IMG/VR virus record: IMGVR_UViG_3300008114_000194
Location: 1-64,000 of that record
Source: a virus
Taxonomy: Duplodnaviria; Caudoviricetes
Strand: one strand, 5' to 3'
DNA: 64,000 nucleotides
In this document: in pieces, positions 17,207 to 26,345 of the stretch
Layout of the letters: the number at the start of each line of letters is the position of its first letter
Numbering within the stretch: position 1 is the first letter of the stretch
Program-made: the position numbers and the translations under genes
The notes under the pieces: model-generated
Database searches by the model: none
What the model saw: only the letters and a program-made list of their open reading frames with translations
What the model was told of the DNA's origin: nothing

Positions 17207-18071
17207 ATTTAGAGTAGGCATTGACCTAGGAGGTACCAAAATTGAGTGCGCGGTTATTGATCGTAATAATAATGTTTTATACCGGCAGCGTGGCCCTACA
17301 CAAGCAAATCTGGGCCGGCAACAAGTTCTCACCAACATCAGGCAACAGTATCTTACAGCCATAACCACCACCAGCATAGGCCAACATTCTGTGGGCCTCG
17401 GCACTCCGGGCAGCGTCAATGCTCAAACTGGACTGCTGAGGAATTCCAGTATTGAACACATGAATGGCCATGACATTGAACGTGATCTGGCCTGTTGGTT
17501 ACATCAACCTGTCACAGTGGCCAATGATGCACAATGTTTTGCTTTGGCAGAAGCACGAATGGGCGCAGGCCGTGGCTATGATCGTGTGTTTGGTGTGATA
17601 CTAGGTACCGGAGTAGGCGGTGCATTGGTGGAATATGGTCGGATCACTCGTGGTCGCAATGGTATATTGGGCGAGTGGGGGCATACCACGCTGAATGATC
17701 GGTACAACTGCCGTTGTGGTCGCCGGGGTTGTGTGGAAAGTAATCTAGGTGGCGGTGCCATACAGCATTCATATCCATCCAAGACCAATGAGATCCCACC
17801 ACCTGCTGGTGTGATCCTGGCGCAAGACCCTGGTAGACTGTTACAGTGGTATCGGGACTATGGTCTGGCCATGGCCAATCTCATACAGGTCCTGGATCCC
17901 GATTGTATTGTATTGGGTGGAGGACTCAGTAACCTACCTGATATCTTGACCACCGGGGATACCATGATCCGTGAACACCTTTTTTCCGACGCCTTTGATA
18001 CTGTGATCGTCCGGGCCGAACTAGGTGACAGTGCCGGCAGTGTTGGTGCCGCATTACTGTGCAAGCAGTAA
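17160..18071 (+). CDS. ROK family sugar kinase (fructokinase-like)
   Basis: GIDLGGTK, VANDAQCFALAE, ILGTGVGG, GEWGH, CRCGRRGCVE, VLGGG. Start uncertain (17160 ATG or 17190 TTG). Confidence 0.9.
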   Translation: MNSNRNLGNFLKPESEFRVGIDLGGTKIECAVIDRNNNVLYRQRGPTQANLGRQQVLTNIRQQYLTAITTTSIGQHSVGLGTPGSVNAQTGLLRNSSIEHMNGHDIERDLACWLHQPVTVANDAQCFALAEARMGAGRGYDRVFGVILGTGVGGALVEYGRITRGRNGILGEWGHTTLNDRYNCRCGRRGCVESNLGGGAIQHSYPSKTNEIPPPAGVILAQDPGRLLQWYRDYGLAMANLIQVLDPDCIVLGGGLSNLPDILTTGDTMIREHLFSDAFDTVIVRAELGDSAGSVGAALLCKQ

Positions 18072-18180
18072 AAGGTAAATTTCCTCCAAAATATCTTGCC
18101 ATAAACTGTTGCAAACAACTCAAGAACTGTTATACTTGTAACACGCTGTAAACAACGGCGAACTAACTTAAGAGGACTTT

Positions 18181-18468
18181 ATGAAATACTTCAACCCTGA
18201 AACAAAAACTTTTAAACTGTTTAACGCTCTTTACAATGGTCAGAAAGTGACCGCAAGCCAGGCCGAAAAGCGTTTTGGTATCAAGAACATTGGTGCCGAA
18301 GTTAGCCGCATTCGCCACAATGGTTATGCTGTTTACGCTAACCAGCGTCGCGCAGGTAATGGTGTGAACGTGACCGAGTACGAAATGGGCAAACCCAGCC
18401 GCGAAATCGTGGCCCTCGGCTACGCCGCAAAAGCTCGTGGACTAACTATTGAGTCTCTTAAGGGCTAA
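18181..18468 (+). CDS. Putative helix-turn-helix DNA-binding protein
   Basis: AGAGGA RBS; VTASQAEKRFGIKNIGAEVSRIR; TTGCAA...TATACT promoter at 18109-18136. Confidence 0.65.
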   Translation: MKYFNPETKTFKLFNALYNGQKVTASQAEKRFGIKNIGAEVSRIRHNGYAVYANQRRAGNGVNVTEYEMGKPSREIVALGYAAKARGLTIESLKG

Positions 18469-18504
18469 ATTAGTTTACCTGATTTAATCTCAATGTGACA
18501 AGAC

Positions 18505-18532
18505 AAAAGAAAGGCCAATGGCCTTTCTTTTT
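18505..18532. terminator. Bidirectional intrinsic terminator
   Basis: AAAAGAAAGGCC-AAT-GGCCTTTCTTTT between convergent genes. Confidence 0.8.
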
Positions 18533-18534
18533 AG

Positions 18535-19023
18535 TTAGCGTTTTAGATAGTTAATAGCTGTTTCAAAGAGTTTAATATCATCGTTGAACTTACCAAGGGT
18601 TGCATTACAACGAAAACATAATAAGCCTCTTATTGCTCCCGTGGAGTGACAGTGATCTACAGCAAGACTCCTGTTGTTACCTGGGCGATCCTCGCAGATT
18701 GCGCAAACTCCATTTTGTTTTTGCAATAGATTATTGTATTCTTCTAGTCCTATTCCAAATTTGCTTTTTAACCAGTATTGTCTACTTTTACTGCTATCTG
18801 GTTTGTATTTTTTCTTTCTGATATTATCACAGGTCCTGCAACTACCATGACGACCGTCGGCATTGTCTTTGCGCGGAGGAAAGTCTTCTAAGGATTTGAC
18901 ATTATTACATTTATTACAGATTTTTTCTGTGTAAGTAATGGCCAACCGTTTAGCCGCATATGTTTTGGCATTCTTTTTCTTTGCAGCGTCGCTCATTGGA
19001 ATGCCTTTGTTCCATGACGTCAT
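18535..19023 (-). mobile_element. Free-standing EndoVII/HNH-type homing endonuclease
   Basis: Two N-terminal CxxC motifs, then CAIC...LAVDHCHSTGAIRGLLCFRCNATLG. AT-rich and antisense to its neighbours, with ATAAATA and a TAGGAG RBS upstream. Confidence 0.8.
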
Positions 19024-19146
19024 TGTTATCTCCTATGTTGCGTTTATTTATCATTTTAGAGCAATGTTTTCACTATTTACACGGCACCTGTTTTGTTTTT
19101 ACCAAATGTTATTGATCCAATAACCTTATCAGTGTAAACTATTCCA

Positions 19147-19608
19147 ATGTTCAAAAAATTCATGCAACGATTGGGACGCCATCGAGTGATCCTGGATAGA
19201 GAGAATCAAGAGCCTTATCTTGAGCGATATTATCTATTGCTCAAGGATCGTGTGACTTTTCCGTTCAACATCTTTGTACACAAGTTCCTAAAAGGTGATC
19301 CCTGGGATCCACATGACCATCCTTGGCCTTATTTTACCCTGATCCTCAAAGGTGGCTACTGGGAATGGATACCCACACTAGATTCCTTGGGTCATGTGTA
19401 CTGCGAACACCGGGTATGGCGCGGCCCTGGACATTTCCGTGTTTGCCCTGCTGGTTCTTATCATCGCATAGAGTTAGAACCTGAGGTGACACCTTGGACC
19501 TTGTTCATACCCGGACCACATCAACGGCAATGGGGATTCCTCAAAGATGGCAAGACTTGGACACACAACGAACAATACATAGCAAGCAAAAGGAAAAATC
19601 ATGCTTAA
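19147..19608 (+). CDS. Cupin-fold protein
   Basis: HKFLKGD..DPHDHPW...LILKGGYWE...YHRIEL...WTLFIPG. Confidence 0.75.
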   Translation: MFKKFMQRLGRHRVILDRENQEPYLERYYLLLKDRVTFPFNIFVHKFLKGDPWDPHDHPWPYFTLILKGGYWEWIPTLDSLGHVYCEHRVWRGPGHFRVCPAGSYHRIELEPEVTPWTLFIPGPHQRQWGFLKDGKTWTHNEQYIASKRKNHA

Positions 19609-19900
19609 TAGATTTAAACGCAGTCTACGCCGCTGGCTCGATGACAGCAAAGAACTGCATCAACTGGTGACGGCTGACTCGTCGGGTCACAACCGCAGCC
19701 TCAACAGCAGACACATGAGTTTCAATCTTTATCGTGCCCAAGGTGGTTGGATCGTGGAAACACGCAACTATTCCAACAACGGAACCAACAAAGGATTGGG
19801 CAGCAGTGAGCCCGAGTATCGTTTGAACATCATACAGGAATCCCAGGACCTGGGCCAAGAACTGAGCAAGATCGTGTTTATGGAAAATCTACGGAGTTAA
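19601..19900 (+). CDS. Hypothetical phage protein
   Basis: Coupled ORF. Confidence 0.7.
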   Translation: MLNRFKRSLRRWLDDSKELHQLVTADSSGHNRSLNSRHMSFNLYRAQGGWIVETRNYSNNGTNKGLGSSEPEYRLNIIQESQDLGQELSKIVFMENLRS

Positions 19901-19909
19901 ATATCAACT

Positions 19910-20233
19910 ATGGAACTTGCACTTTATCTCATTGCTGGATTTATTGCAGGTGCGTGGATAGCACGTAGGATCTATCACTATCTCTTGATGCGTCGCGCAC
20001 AACGGTTGATCCACGACATGTCACAGGTAGCAGACATCTTGGTCATAGCACAGGTAGAGCAAGTGGATGACATGTTTTTTGTCTACAACGAAAACACCCA
20101 AGAGTTTCTAGCACAAGGACGTACCTGGGAAGAAATACGCACACATTTCAAAAGTCGTTTTCCTGGCAAGGTTTGTGCCATAGATCAACAAACAGCAGAT
20201 GCCATTCCCAGACTGACCACGGTATCAGAATAA
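19910..20233 (+). CDS. Hypothetical protein with N-terminal TM helix
   Basis: TTAAATA upstream. Confidence 0.65.
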   Translation: MELALYLIAGFIAGAWIARRIYHYLLMRRAQRLIHDMSQVADILVIAQVEQVDDMFFVYNENTQEFLAQGRTWEEIRTHFKSRFPGKVCAIDQQTADAIPRLTTVSE

Positions 20234-20270
20234 TCCAAGCCGGGCCACAGCGGGTACTAAGTACCTGAGT

Positions 20271-20513
20271 ATGCAACTATCACTTGACTTTGATCAAATT
20301 GACTCACGTTCAGCCGAAAGTTTCAACCACGCACAGCGTACTTTCAAACCTTTTGGCGAACTGGATCCGGTGATACAGTGGTGCCGCCAAAATCTCACAG
20401 CAGACTGGCGTTGGCAAATGGTATCCTTGCCCAACGATCGTGACCCCGGCGACTACATCTTTTATTTCGATTCAGAAGAAGATTACTTTTTGTTTACTAT
20501 GAGATGGCGATGA
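20271..20513 (+). CDS. Hypothetical phage protein
   Basis: IQWCR...WRW...YIFYFDSEEDY.LF.MRW motif. Confidence 0.7.
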   Translation: MQLSLDFDQIDSRSAESFNHAQRTFKPFGELDPVIQWCRQNLTADWRWQMVSLPNDRDPGDYIFYFDSEEDYFLFTMRWR

Positions 20514-21241
20514 CCGACTCCTACCAGATCTACAATCAAGACTGTGTGGAGGGTATGCAACAGCACGTCTTGGACAATTCCGTGGACATGATTTTCACTG
20601 ATCCACCCTATGGCATCGCGGGGGATCAACTGGACACACACTACAATCGCGATGAATCCAAGGTCATTGGTGGCTATGTAGACGTGCCACGTGATCAGTA
20701 TGGTGCCTGGTGCAGTACCTGGATTCGGGAATGTGAGCGTGTGTTGCGTCCCGGCGGCTCAATCTACATCGTGAGTGGCTACTCAAATCTGCATCATATC
20801 TTGAATGCTCTGCATGAAACTGAACTCGAAGAAATCAATCACATCATAGCACAGTACACCTTTGGTGTCTACACCAAACGGAAATGGGTCAGCAGTCATT
20901 ATCACGTGTTGTTCTGGGCCAAACCCCAAACTAGAAAACAGCCACGCACCTTTAACACACACTGCAGATTCGACGACACCACTGAATCCTACAACGATCG
21001 GCTGAGTGTTCAAAATCTGCCTAGGGAGTACAAGACCGGTGAGATACGCAACAACAATCAGTTAGCAGAAACATTTATCCGAAAATTCATTGACTACAGC
21101 ACCAATGCCGGCGACTTGGTTTTGGATCCCTTTGGTGGATCATTCTCCACAGGTCGCGCTGTGTTGGCCATGGATCGCAGATTCATTGGCTTTGAACTCA
21201 ACCCCCAGGCCTACCAGCATTTTGGTCCGACCCTAGGTTAG
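20510..21241 (+). CDS. DNA N6-adenine/N4-cytosine methyltransferase, beta class (second)
   Basis: MIFTDPPY, VLDPFGGSFSTG, FIGFELN. Confidence 0.9.
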   Translation: MTDSYQIYNQDCVEGMQQHVLDNSVDMIFTDPPYGIAGDQLDTHYNRDESKVIGGYVDVPRDQYGAWCSTWIRECERVLRPGGSIYIVSGYSNLHHILNALHETELEEINHIIAQYTFGVYTKRKWVSSHYHVLFWAKPQTRKQPRTFNTHCRFDDTTESYNDRLSVQNLPREYKTGEIRNNNQLAETFIRKFIDYSTNAGDLVLDPFGGSFSTGRAVLAMDRRFIGFELNPQAYQHFGPTLG

Positions 21242-21256
21242 TACCCACTAACCTAG
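21233..21256. repeat. Palindromic element CTAGGTTAGT-N4-ACTAACCTAG (copy 2)
   Basis: Perfect 10-bp arms, between the MTase stop and the TTGACC promoter. Confidence 0.75.
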
Positions 21257-21270
21257 CGGTTACAGAGCGG

Positions 21271-21299
21271 TTGACCAAAAATTCCCGTTTTGCTATAAT
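21271..21299 (+). promoter_or_regulatory. Phage early promoter, repeated cassette
   Basis: TTGACC-17-TATAAT. Confidence 0.85.
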
Positions 21300-21328
21300 A
21301 TGGGTATAGTAAACAAACAGGAGCCACA

Positions 21329-21529
21329 GTGGCATATACCGTTTTCAAGCACTCCAAAGAGTTTGGTCCGCGTCAGGGTCTAGAAGGCCCTTTCCACTAT
21401 CCCAACGGTCGTGTGCTGTACTATGATGCCCGTGCCGGTGAGTACTATGACCCCTTGACGGACTTTTATGTTCCTCGTGAAGAAGTCACCGATCTGCAGG
21501 CCACCATACTCAAAGTCTTGGCAGGTTGA
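21329..21529 (+). CDS. Hypothetical phage protein
   Basis: AGGAG RBS, GTG start; GLEGPF.Y.NGRVLYYD...G.YYDP.TD. Confidence 0.75.
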   Translation: MAYTVFKHSKEFGPRQGLEGPFHYPNGRVLYYDARAGEYYDPLTDFYVPREEVTDLQATILKVLAG

Positions 21530-21554
21530 CCAAAAATTCCCTTTTTGCTATACT
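21526..21554 (+). promoter_or_regulatory. Phage early promoter, repeated cassette
   Basis: TTGACC-17-TATACT. Confidence 0.8.
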
Positions 21555-21584
21555 AAGCATATCGTAACCAATCAGGAGATCGCA

Positions 21585-21860
21585 GTGCCTACCATCAACG
21601 AAATCAATATTGAGATCATGCAGGGTAATTTTACCAACGATCAACTCAATGCCATTGGCCAGGCCATCAAGTTCCGCCGGCGCCAGATTGGCAGAGATTT
21701 GAAAGTGTCAATCCGCGTGGGCGATACTGTGAAGTTTTATCACCCCAAACTGGGCCAGGATCTGCAGGGTCCGGTGACCCGTGTCAAGATCAAGAACATC
21801 TTGGTCAACACTGCTCGCGGTATGTACAATGTGCCAGCCAATCTCCTGGAGCGGGTATAA
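21585..21860 (+). CDS. Hypothetical protein (SH3-like C-terminus)
   Basis: AGGAG RBS, GTG 21585. Confidence 0.7.
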   Translation: MPTINEINIEIMQGNFTNDQLNAIGQAIKFRRRQIGRDLKVSIRVGDTVKFYHPKLGQDLQGPVTRVKIKNILVNTARGMYNVPANLLERV

Positions 21861-22162
21861 TGGGACAGGTGCTGGCTATGTTTCCCGAAGTGGCTGCCGA
21901 TAGACTGGACAGTCGTGGCTATGACATTCCTGCCAAGACTGTGATGGCCTTGGAACGCTATGTGTTTGAAAGCCGCAGTCCAGGGTCGTTCTTGACTGCG
22001 GTGCTCAGCAACGATCTGCAGATGGCTGTGGTATATGCCGATGATGACAACTTGGCTCTACTCAAGCCCATCTGTCAGTTCGTTTTCAATCGGTTGCCCA
22101 GTGTCTGCTGGGGATCCGAAACAGCGGTAGAACTGCATCTCAAACAAGGTTTACAGGTTTAA
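21860..22162 (+). CDS. Hypothetical phage protein
   Basis: PGSFLTAVLSNDL..AV..AD..N motif. Confidence 0.7.
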   Translation: MGQVLAMFPEVAADRLDSRGYDIPAKTVMALERYVFESRSPGSFLTAVLSNDLQMAVVYADDDNLALLKPICQFVFNRLPSVCWGSETAVELHLKQGLQV

Positions 22163-22181
22163 TTTCAACTCTGGAGGCATT

Positions 22182-22316
22182 ATGAAAATCTTTATTGCAT
22201 TCGTAGCAGGCATCATCATAGGTGGGGCAGGCGTGACATTTTCAGATGTGGCACGCATTGCCGATCGCGGCGTAGATTCCGCCAAGGCAGTGGTCAAAGA
22301 CTCGGTGAAACAATAA
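22182..22316 (+). CDS. Small membrane protein (44 aa)
   Basis: GGAGG RBS; MKIFIAFVAGIIIGG. Confidence 0.6.
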   Translation: MKIFIAFVAGIIIGGAGVTFSDVARIADRGVDSAKAVVKDSVKQ

Positions 22317-22495
22317 TGGACGGCATCGAGACTTGGCTTACCTTGGAAGATATGCAACGGATCTGGAGTGTGGTCATGCAAAATGCTCCAGAAGTGCTGG
22401 CATCTGAAGATGAACTAACAGAGTTCCATCGAGTGGTGGAACTTGCGGCGCAGATCAAGTATGGTGTGCAACCAGCACCGGAGGCCATACAATGA
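22316..22495 (+). CDS. Small hypothetical protein (59 aa)
   Basis: Coupled ORF MDGIETWLTLED... Confidence 0.55.
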   Translation: MDGIETWLTLEDMQRIWSVVMQNAPEVLASEDELTEFHRVVELAAQIKYGVQPAPEAIQ

Positions 22496-22590
22496 TCTAC
22501 AGTTGGCTGATTATCATAGCATTGAGCTTTACCGCTTACTGGTATGTTGGTGTTATCGCAGCTTTATGGCTGATAGCCCTGGGATACTAG
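22492..22590 (+). CDS. Small hydrophobic peptide (32 aa)
   Basis: ATGA overlap; entirely hydrophobic. Confidence 0.4.
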   Translation: MIYSWLIIIALSFTAYWYVGVIAALWLIALGY

Positions 22591-22594
22591 GCGG

Positions 22595-22623
22595 TTGACC
22601 AGAAAATGGTAATCTGCTATAAT
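22595..22623 (+). promoter_or_regulatory. Phage early promoter, repeated cassette
   Basis: TTGACC-17-TATAAT. Confidence 0.85.
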
Positions 22624-22653
22624 ATGGGTATAGTGAACAACAAGGAGCCAACC

Positions 22654-23298
22654 ATGAAACCACGCACAGCACAGCCCAAGGTAGAAATCACCATTGAGCA
22701 GGCCTTTGCCCTGTCGGCTCGTGTGCATCGTGAACTGGGTGGCTATTTCAAAGATGGTGATGTGACCCCGGGAACCATAAGCAACAAGGTCCGGCTGTTG
22801 CAGTATATCATTGACGGTGACAAGGCCACCGAAGCCGATCTTGCTCGTGGTAAAGAACTGCTGGCTCATTGCCGTGGCCTGATAATGAAAAAATTGGCCA
22901 ACGACATCAACCAGTATGACAGCGTGATTCTAGAAGTGGCCAATCGTGACACCATCACAGATGCGGATCGATATCATCTGGCTTTGCTGGCGTCAGTGCC
23001 ACAGACTGTGGCTCGTGTGGAACAGCACCGTCAGCAGGAAGAAAAGATCGCTGATCGTGCCCAGTCATATCTGGGCGCAGTGGGTACCAAAGTCACTGCT
23101 GATATCGAAGTGGTGCGAAGCAACTTCAGCGTGAACTATGGTGTGTTCTTTACCACGGCCAAGACCGATCAAGGTTGTGTGGCGTTTTTTGCCTACAAAG
23201 AACAACTCAAGCCAGGACGCTATAGCATCCGTGGCACAGTCAAAGCACATCGCGATGACTATCAGACTCAACTGAACCGTGTAAAGGTCCTGTCATGA
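22654..23298 (+). CDS. Hypothetical protein with C-terminal OB-fold-like domain
   Basis: AAGGAG RBS; SIRGTVKAH....QTQLNRVKV. Confidence 0.7.
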   Translation: MKPRTAQPKVEITIEQAFALSARVHRELGGYFKDGDVTPGTISNKVRLLQYIIDGDKATEADLARGKELLAHCRGLIMKKLANDINQYDSVILEVANRDTITDADRYHLALLASVPQTVARVEQHRQQEEKIADRAQSYLGAVGTKVTADIEVVRSNFSVNYGVFFTTAKTDQGCVAFFAYKEQLKPGRYSIRGTVKAHRDDYQTQLNRVKVLS

Positions 23299-23636
23299 GC
23301 AAGCAAGTAGCCGTGATGTGGGACTGTTATGGCCTGGAGTCTGCGGTTCGTATCGACGACTTTGACCAACAGCGTGTGTTGGCCATATTGAAAGGTGAAA
23401 ATCCCAACAAGGTACCCTTGCCTTTGAATCTCACTGTGTGGCAACTCCGCGCACAGGTCAATAGTCACAGGCACTATGAGATCTATGTGATTGAAACCAC
23501 AGATGATGTTTCGGTACAAGACATAGTGGATGCTTTCGAACGTGCGCCGCAGGCCATGGCCGACCGTGTGCGTGAAATTGGTCACAAGATCTATGGTCAT
23601 CGAGTGGCCCGGGACGAAAAGGTGCTGATCCGATGA
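23295..23636 (+). CDS. Hypothetical phage protein
   Basis: ATGA coupling; MWDCYGLE...RAQVNSHRHYEIY. Confidence 0.7.
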   Translation: MSKQVAVMWDCYGLESAVRIDDFDQQRVLAILKGENPNKVPLPLNLTVWQLRAQVNSHRHYEIYVIETTDDVSVQDIVDAFERAPQAMADRVREIGHKIYGHRVARDEKVLIR

Positions 23637-23684
23637 TAAAGGAATTTGGTTTGGTCAAAACTGAGATTTTGGCCAAATCCAATG

Positions 23685-23713
23685 TTGACAGGAAAATCCA
23701 TTCCTGTTATAGT
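23685..23713 (+). promoter_or_regulatory. sigma70-type promoter
   Basis: TTGACA-17-TATAGT. Confidence 0.7.
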
Positions 23714-23768
23714 AGTGGTACAGTGACAGTGTCGCTGATTTTTTCAACTTTGATAAGTGAGGCATAGT

Positions 23769-24107
23769 ATGGACAAGAAGTTTACAGCAGTTGGTATTAC
23801 AACCAAAAATGGTATCACCAAAGTGCGTTTTGCAACCGACTCTGTGGCGCGCCAAAAGTCGTACATTGGCCTGGGTCATAGCATCGCTCTGTTTGAGGAC
23901 CTTGAGCGCCCAATGTCTAAACTGGAAATCCTGCAGATGCTGGATGGCCGCAAGTTAGAAGGCGACGCTGGTTTTGCAGTCAGCAACAAACTGGCTGAAA
24001 TGACCCGCTCTGTTAAAAAGGGCGAAGTCAAGGTCAAGGCTACCAAGCCTGCGGCTCGTCCCACAGCCAAGGCCACTGCCAAGTCTGGTGTAGCAGTAGA
24101 AGCCTAA
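23769..24107 (+). CDS. Hypothetical protein with Lys/Ala-rich tail
   Basis: GAGG RBS; KFTAVGITT...KVRFATD. Confidence 0.7.
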   Translation: MDKKFTAVGITTKNGITKVRFATDSVARQKSYIGLGHSIALFEDLERPMSKLEILQMLDGRKLEGDAGFAVSNKLAEMTRSVKKGEVKVKATKPAARPTAKATAKSGVAVEA

Positions 24108-24124
24108 ACTGCTGGTGCTTGAAG

Positions 24125-24152
24125 CAAAAAGGATCCGCAAGGATCCTTTTTT
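24125..24152 (+). terminator. Intrinsic terminator
   Basis: AAAAAGGATCC-GCAA-GGATCCTTTTT. Confidence 0.8.
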
Positions 24153-24169
24153 GTTGGCTAAATAAAAGT

Positions 24170-24391
24170 GTGCCACATCTCAAGGATTACGACCTTACCG
24201 AAGAGCAACTCACAAGATTTGCGGCTGTGCTTGGTACCCTGGTCGAACTAGAAGTTGAAACCATACATATGGGCAGTTTACTGAGATTGATTGGAGTGCC
24301 GGAATCCTTGGCACAAGAGTTTGATCAAGAAACTGTGGCCATCGATTCCGAAACACTGGATCAACTAGAACAACAACCTTATCTACATTAA
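24170..24391 (+). CDS. Hypothetical protein
   Basis: GTG start after CTAAATA (24158). Confidence 0.55.
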   Translation: MPHLKDYDLTEEQLTRFAAVLGTLVELEVETIHMGSLLRLIGVPESLAQEFDQETVAIDSETLDQLEQQPYLH

Positions 24392-24613
24392 ATGACAGAA
24401 CCCATGTATCTCGTGATAGCACGAGGTACTGATGCCGCCCAAAAACTCAAACATTGGGCCAACAGTAACCGAGTCAAACACACCATCCAGGGCAACCGTC
24501 TGGGACTCTTGGATGACCACAGTCTTACCAAATTTCAAATGACCTGGCCACACAGTTGGGACACCGTCACAGTGTGGGACAGTTGGAACAAAAGACACAT
24601 CAATAACGCCTAA
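24392..24613 (+). CDS. Hypothetical protein
   Basis: Abuts the previous stop. Confidence 0.6.
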   Translation: MTEPMYLVIARGTDAAQKLKHWANSNRVKHTIQGNRLGLLDDHSLTKFQMTWPHSWDTVTVWDSWNKRHINNA

Positions 24614-24675
24614 AAACGTTGACATCTGCAGCAAGTTCGTATAAATTATTATTATCGTAACCGGAGAAACACACC

Positions 24676-25347
24676 ATGCAAATCGCAATGGCCGCCGAGG
24701 CCCTTAATACCAAATTACTACAGGTTTTAAAACTACTCACACAAGGTCTTGCAGTGACCATGCTCATGGCCGCAGGTATCGCGGCAGTGCCAGGCCTGGC
24801 GCAGGCCATATTCACAGGCATCCTGGGCTACATCGTTATCTTCATGCCCTTGATCCTGAGTTTGTTTTTGATGTTCCGTATGGAACAACTGACCACACCA
24901 CAACTGAAATACAGTTTCTGGGCTTTTTCCATAAGTTTTGGTATCAGCTTGAGTTTGATTTTTTCAGTGTTTACCGCAGCCAGTATCGTGCAGAGCCTGT
25001 TGATAACCACAGTGAGTTTTGGTGCCTTGGCTGGTTGGGGATATTTTACCCGACGTGACTTGACCAGCATGGGCGGATTCCTGTTCGCCGGAGTGATAGC
25101 CTTGATCTTGATTGGCCTGTTCAACATTTGGTTTGGCAGTTCACTGCTACAGACCATCATCAATGTTTTGGCAGTGGGCATATTCCTGGGCTTGACTGCG
25201 TACGATATGCAACAGATCCGCAATCAACTGTGGGCCAGCGACAGCGACCTAGAAGATCGTATCATTGTTATCGGAGCCTTGAGCTTGTTTATCAACTACA
25301 TCAATATCTTTGTGAATCTCGTACAACTGTTGGGCAATCGCGAATGA
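24676..25347 (+). CDS. Bax inhibitor-1/YccA family membrane protein
   Basis: About 7 TM helices; GYFTRRDLTSMG, FLGLTAYDMQQI, ALSLFINYINIF..L..LLG. Confidence 0.88.
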   Translation: MQIAMAAEALNTKLLQVLKLLTQGLAVTMLMAAGIAAVPGLAQAIFTGILGYIVIFMPLILSLFLMFRMEQLTTPQLKYSFWAFSISFGISLSLIFSVFTAASIVQSLLITTVSFGALAGWGYFTRRDLTSMGGFLFAGVIALILIGLFNIWFGSSLLQTIINVLAVGIFLGLTAYDMQQIRNQLWASDSDLEDRIIVIGALSLFINYINIFVNLVQLLGNRE

Positions 25348-25553
25348 CAGATCAACCTCAAAGAAAGTTCACCACAGGTGTGGCCCGTGATGTCACTGAC
25401 TCGGCCAACCTGTTGGCTGAAATGCCACAACAGATACGTGAGTGGATGAATCTTCGCCAGGGACAGTTTCAGCATCGTGTGGAAAAAAATGGTGCTGTAG
25501 TGATCCAACCCGACCTGCCCGAAGACACAGATATTCCGCCCGATAATGGTTGA
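25344..25553 (+). CDS. Small hypothetical protein
   Basis: ATGA coupling; start moved to 25344. Confidence 0.5.
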   Translation: MTDQPQRKFTTGVARDVTDSANLLAEMPQQIREWMNLRQGQFQHRVEKNGAVVIQPDLPEDTDIPPDNG

Positions 25554-25983
25554 AATGGTTGAATTAGACAAACTAGATCCTTGGGACTTGCCCTCGGTTG
25601 ATATTGCCAGTTTATCGGTATCAGACATTGGTGCCTTGAACGCCACAGTTTTCACTGGTAATGGCAGTTATAACTATACCAGTCCTACCTATACCAGTCC
25701 TACCTATACCTACAACCCAGGTCCTTGGACCATATCCAATGACTATATCTCCAAAACACAGGACATCCAACTGGAAGATGGCGCGGACATCAAGCTTGGT
25801 GATGTGAGTCTAAAACAAACACTGAAAGAAATCGCAGATAGATTGGCCATCTTGGTACCCGATGCCAAACTAGAACGTGAGTATGAAGAACTGCGCCAGG
25901 CACGCGAGCACTATGAGCACGTGAAGCAAAAATTAACCGTGCTGGAAAAACTGAAAAATACCCCAGTTGAACTGTCCCGATAA
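25546..25983 (+). CDS. Hypothetical phage protein
   Basis: S/T/Y-rich middle with a YTSPT duplication; ADIKLGDVSLKQTL..I..RLAILVP C-terminus. Confidence 0.7.
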   Translation: MVEMVELDKLDPWDLPSVDIASLSVSDIGALNATVFTGNGSYNYTSPTYTSPTYTYNPGPWTISNDYISKTQDIQLEDGADIKLGDVSLKQTLKEIADRLAILVPDAKLEREYEELRQAREHYEHVKQKLTVLEKLKNTPVELSR

Positions 25984-26008
25984 CCCTGACACTATCCAGG
26001 TTATTCCA

Positions 26009-26037
26009 TTGACCAAAAAATCCCTTTATGCTATACT
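26009..26037 (+). promoter_or_regulatory. Phage early promoter, repeated cassette
   Basis: TTGACC-17-TATACT. Confidence 0.8.
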
Positions 26038-26067
26038 TGTTTTCTAGCATAGTTTCTGGAGAACCTG

Positions 26068-26277
26068 ATGGTAGAATGGATATTGGTAATGATCTGGGCA
26101 ACTGCGCCTGATCAGCCGCAACAGCGACAAGTGATATATGGTCCAGGCCAGACTTATAGTGTGCCCAGTCAAGCGGACTGCGAATACGCGGCCCACACAA
26201 GACAGAAGTTTCTTTGGGTCAGCGATTGGCCCTACAAACCCTATACCAAATTTGTGTGCGAGACCATACAGAAATAA
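26068..26277 (+). CDS. Small exported protein
   Basis: GGAG RBS; hydrophobic N-terminus, two Cys. Confidence 0.6.
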   Translation: MVEWILVMIWATAPDQPQQRQVIYGPGQTYSVPSQADCEYAAHTRQKFLWVSDWPYKPYTKFVCETIQK

Positions 26278-26345
26278 ATCATGATCTTAGGTCGTTTGAA
26301 TTTTATTTTTATGCTATTATCTATTGACCATCTGGGGAGATATCA

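Noticed and set aside
18535-19023. Holliday-junction resolvase gp49 or intron-encoded gene
   Set aside because: Has an N-terminal CxxC DNA-binding extension typical of homing nucleases, is antisense and AT-rich, and does not interrupt a host gene
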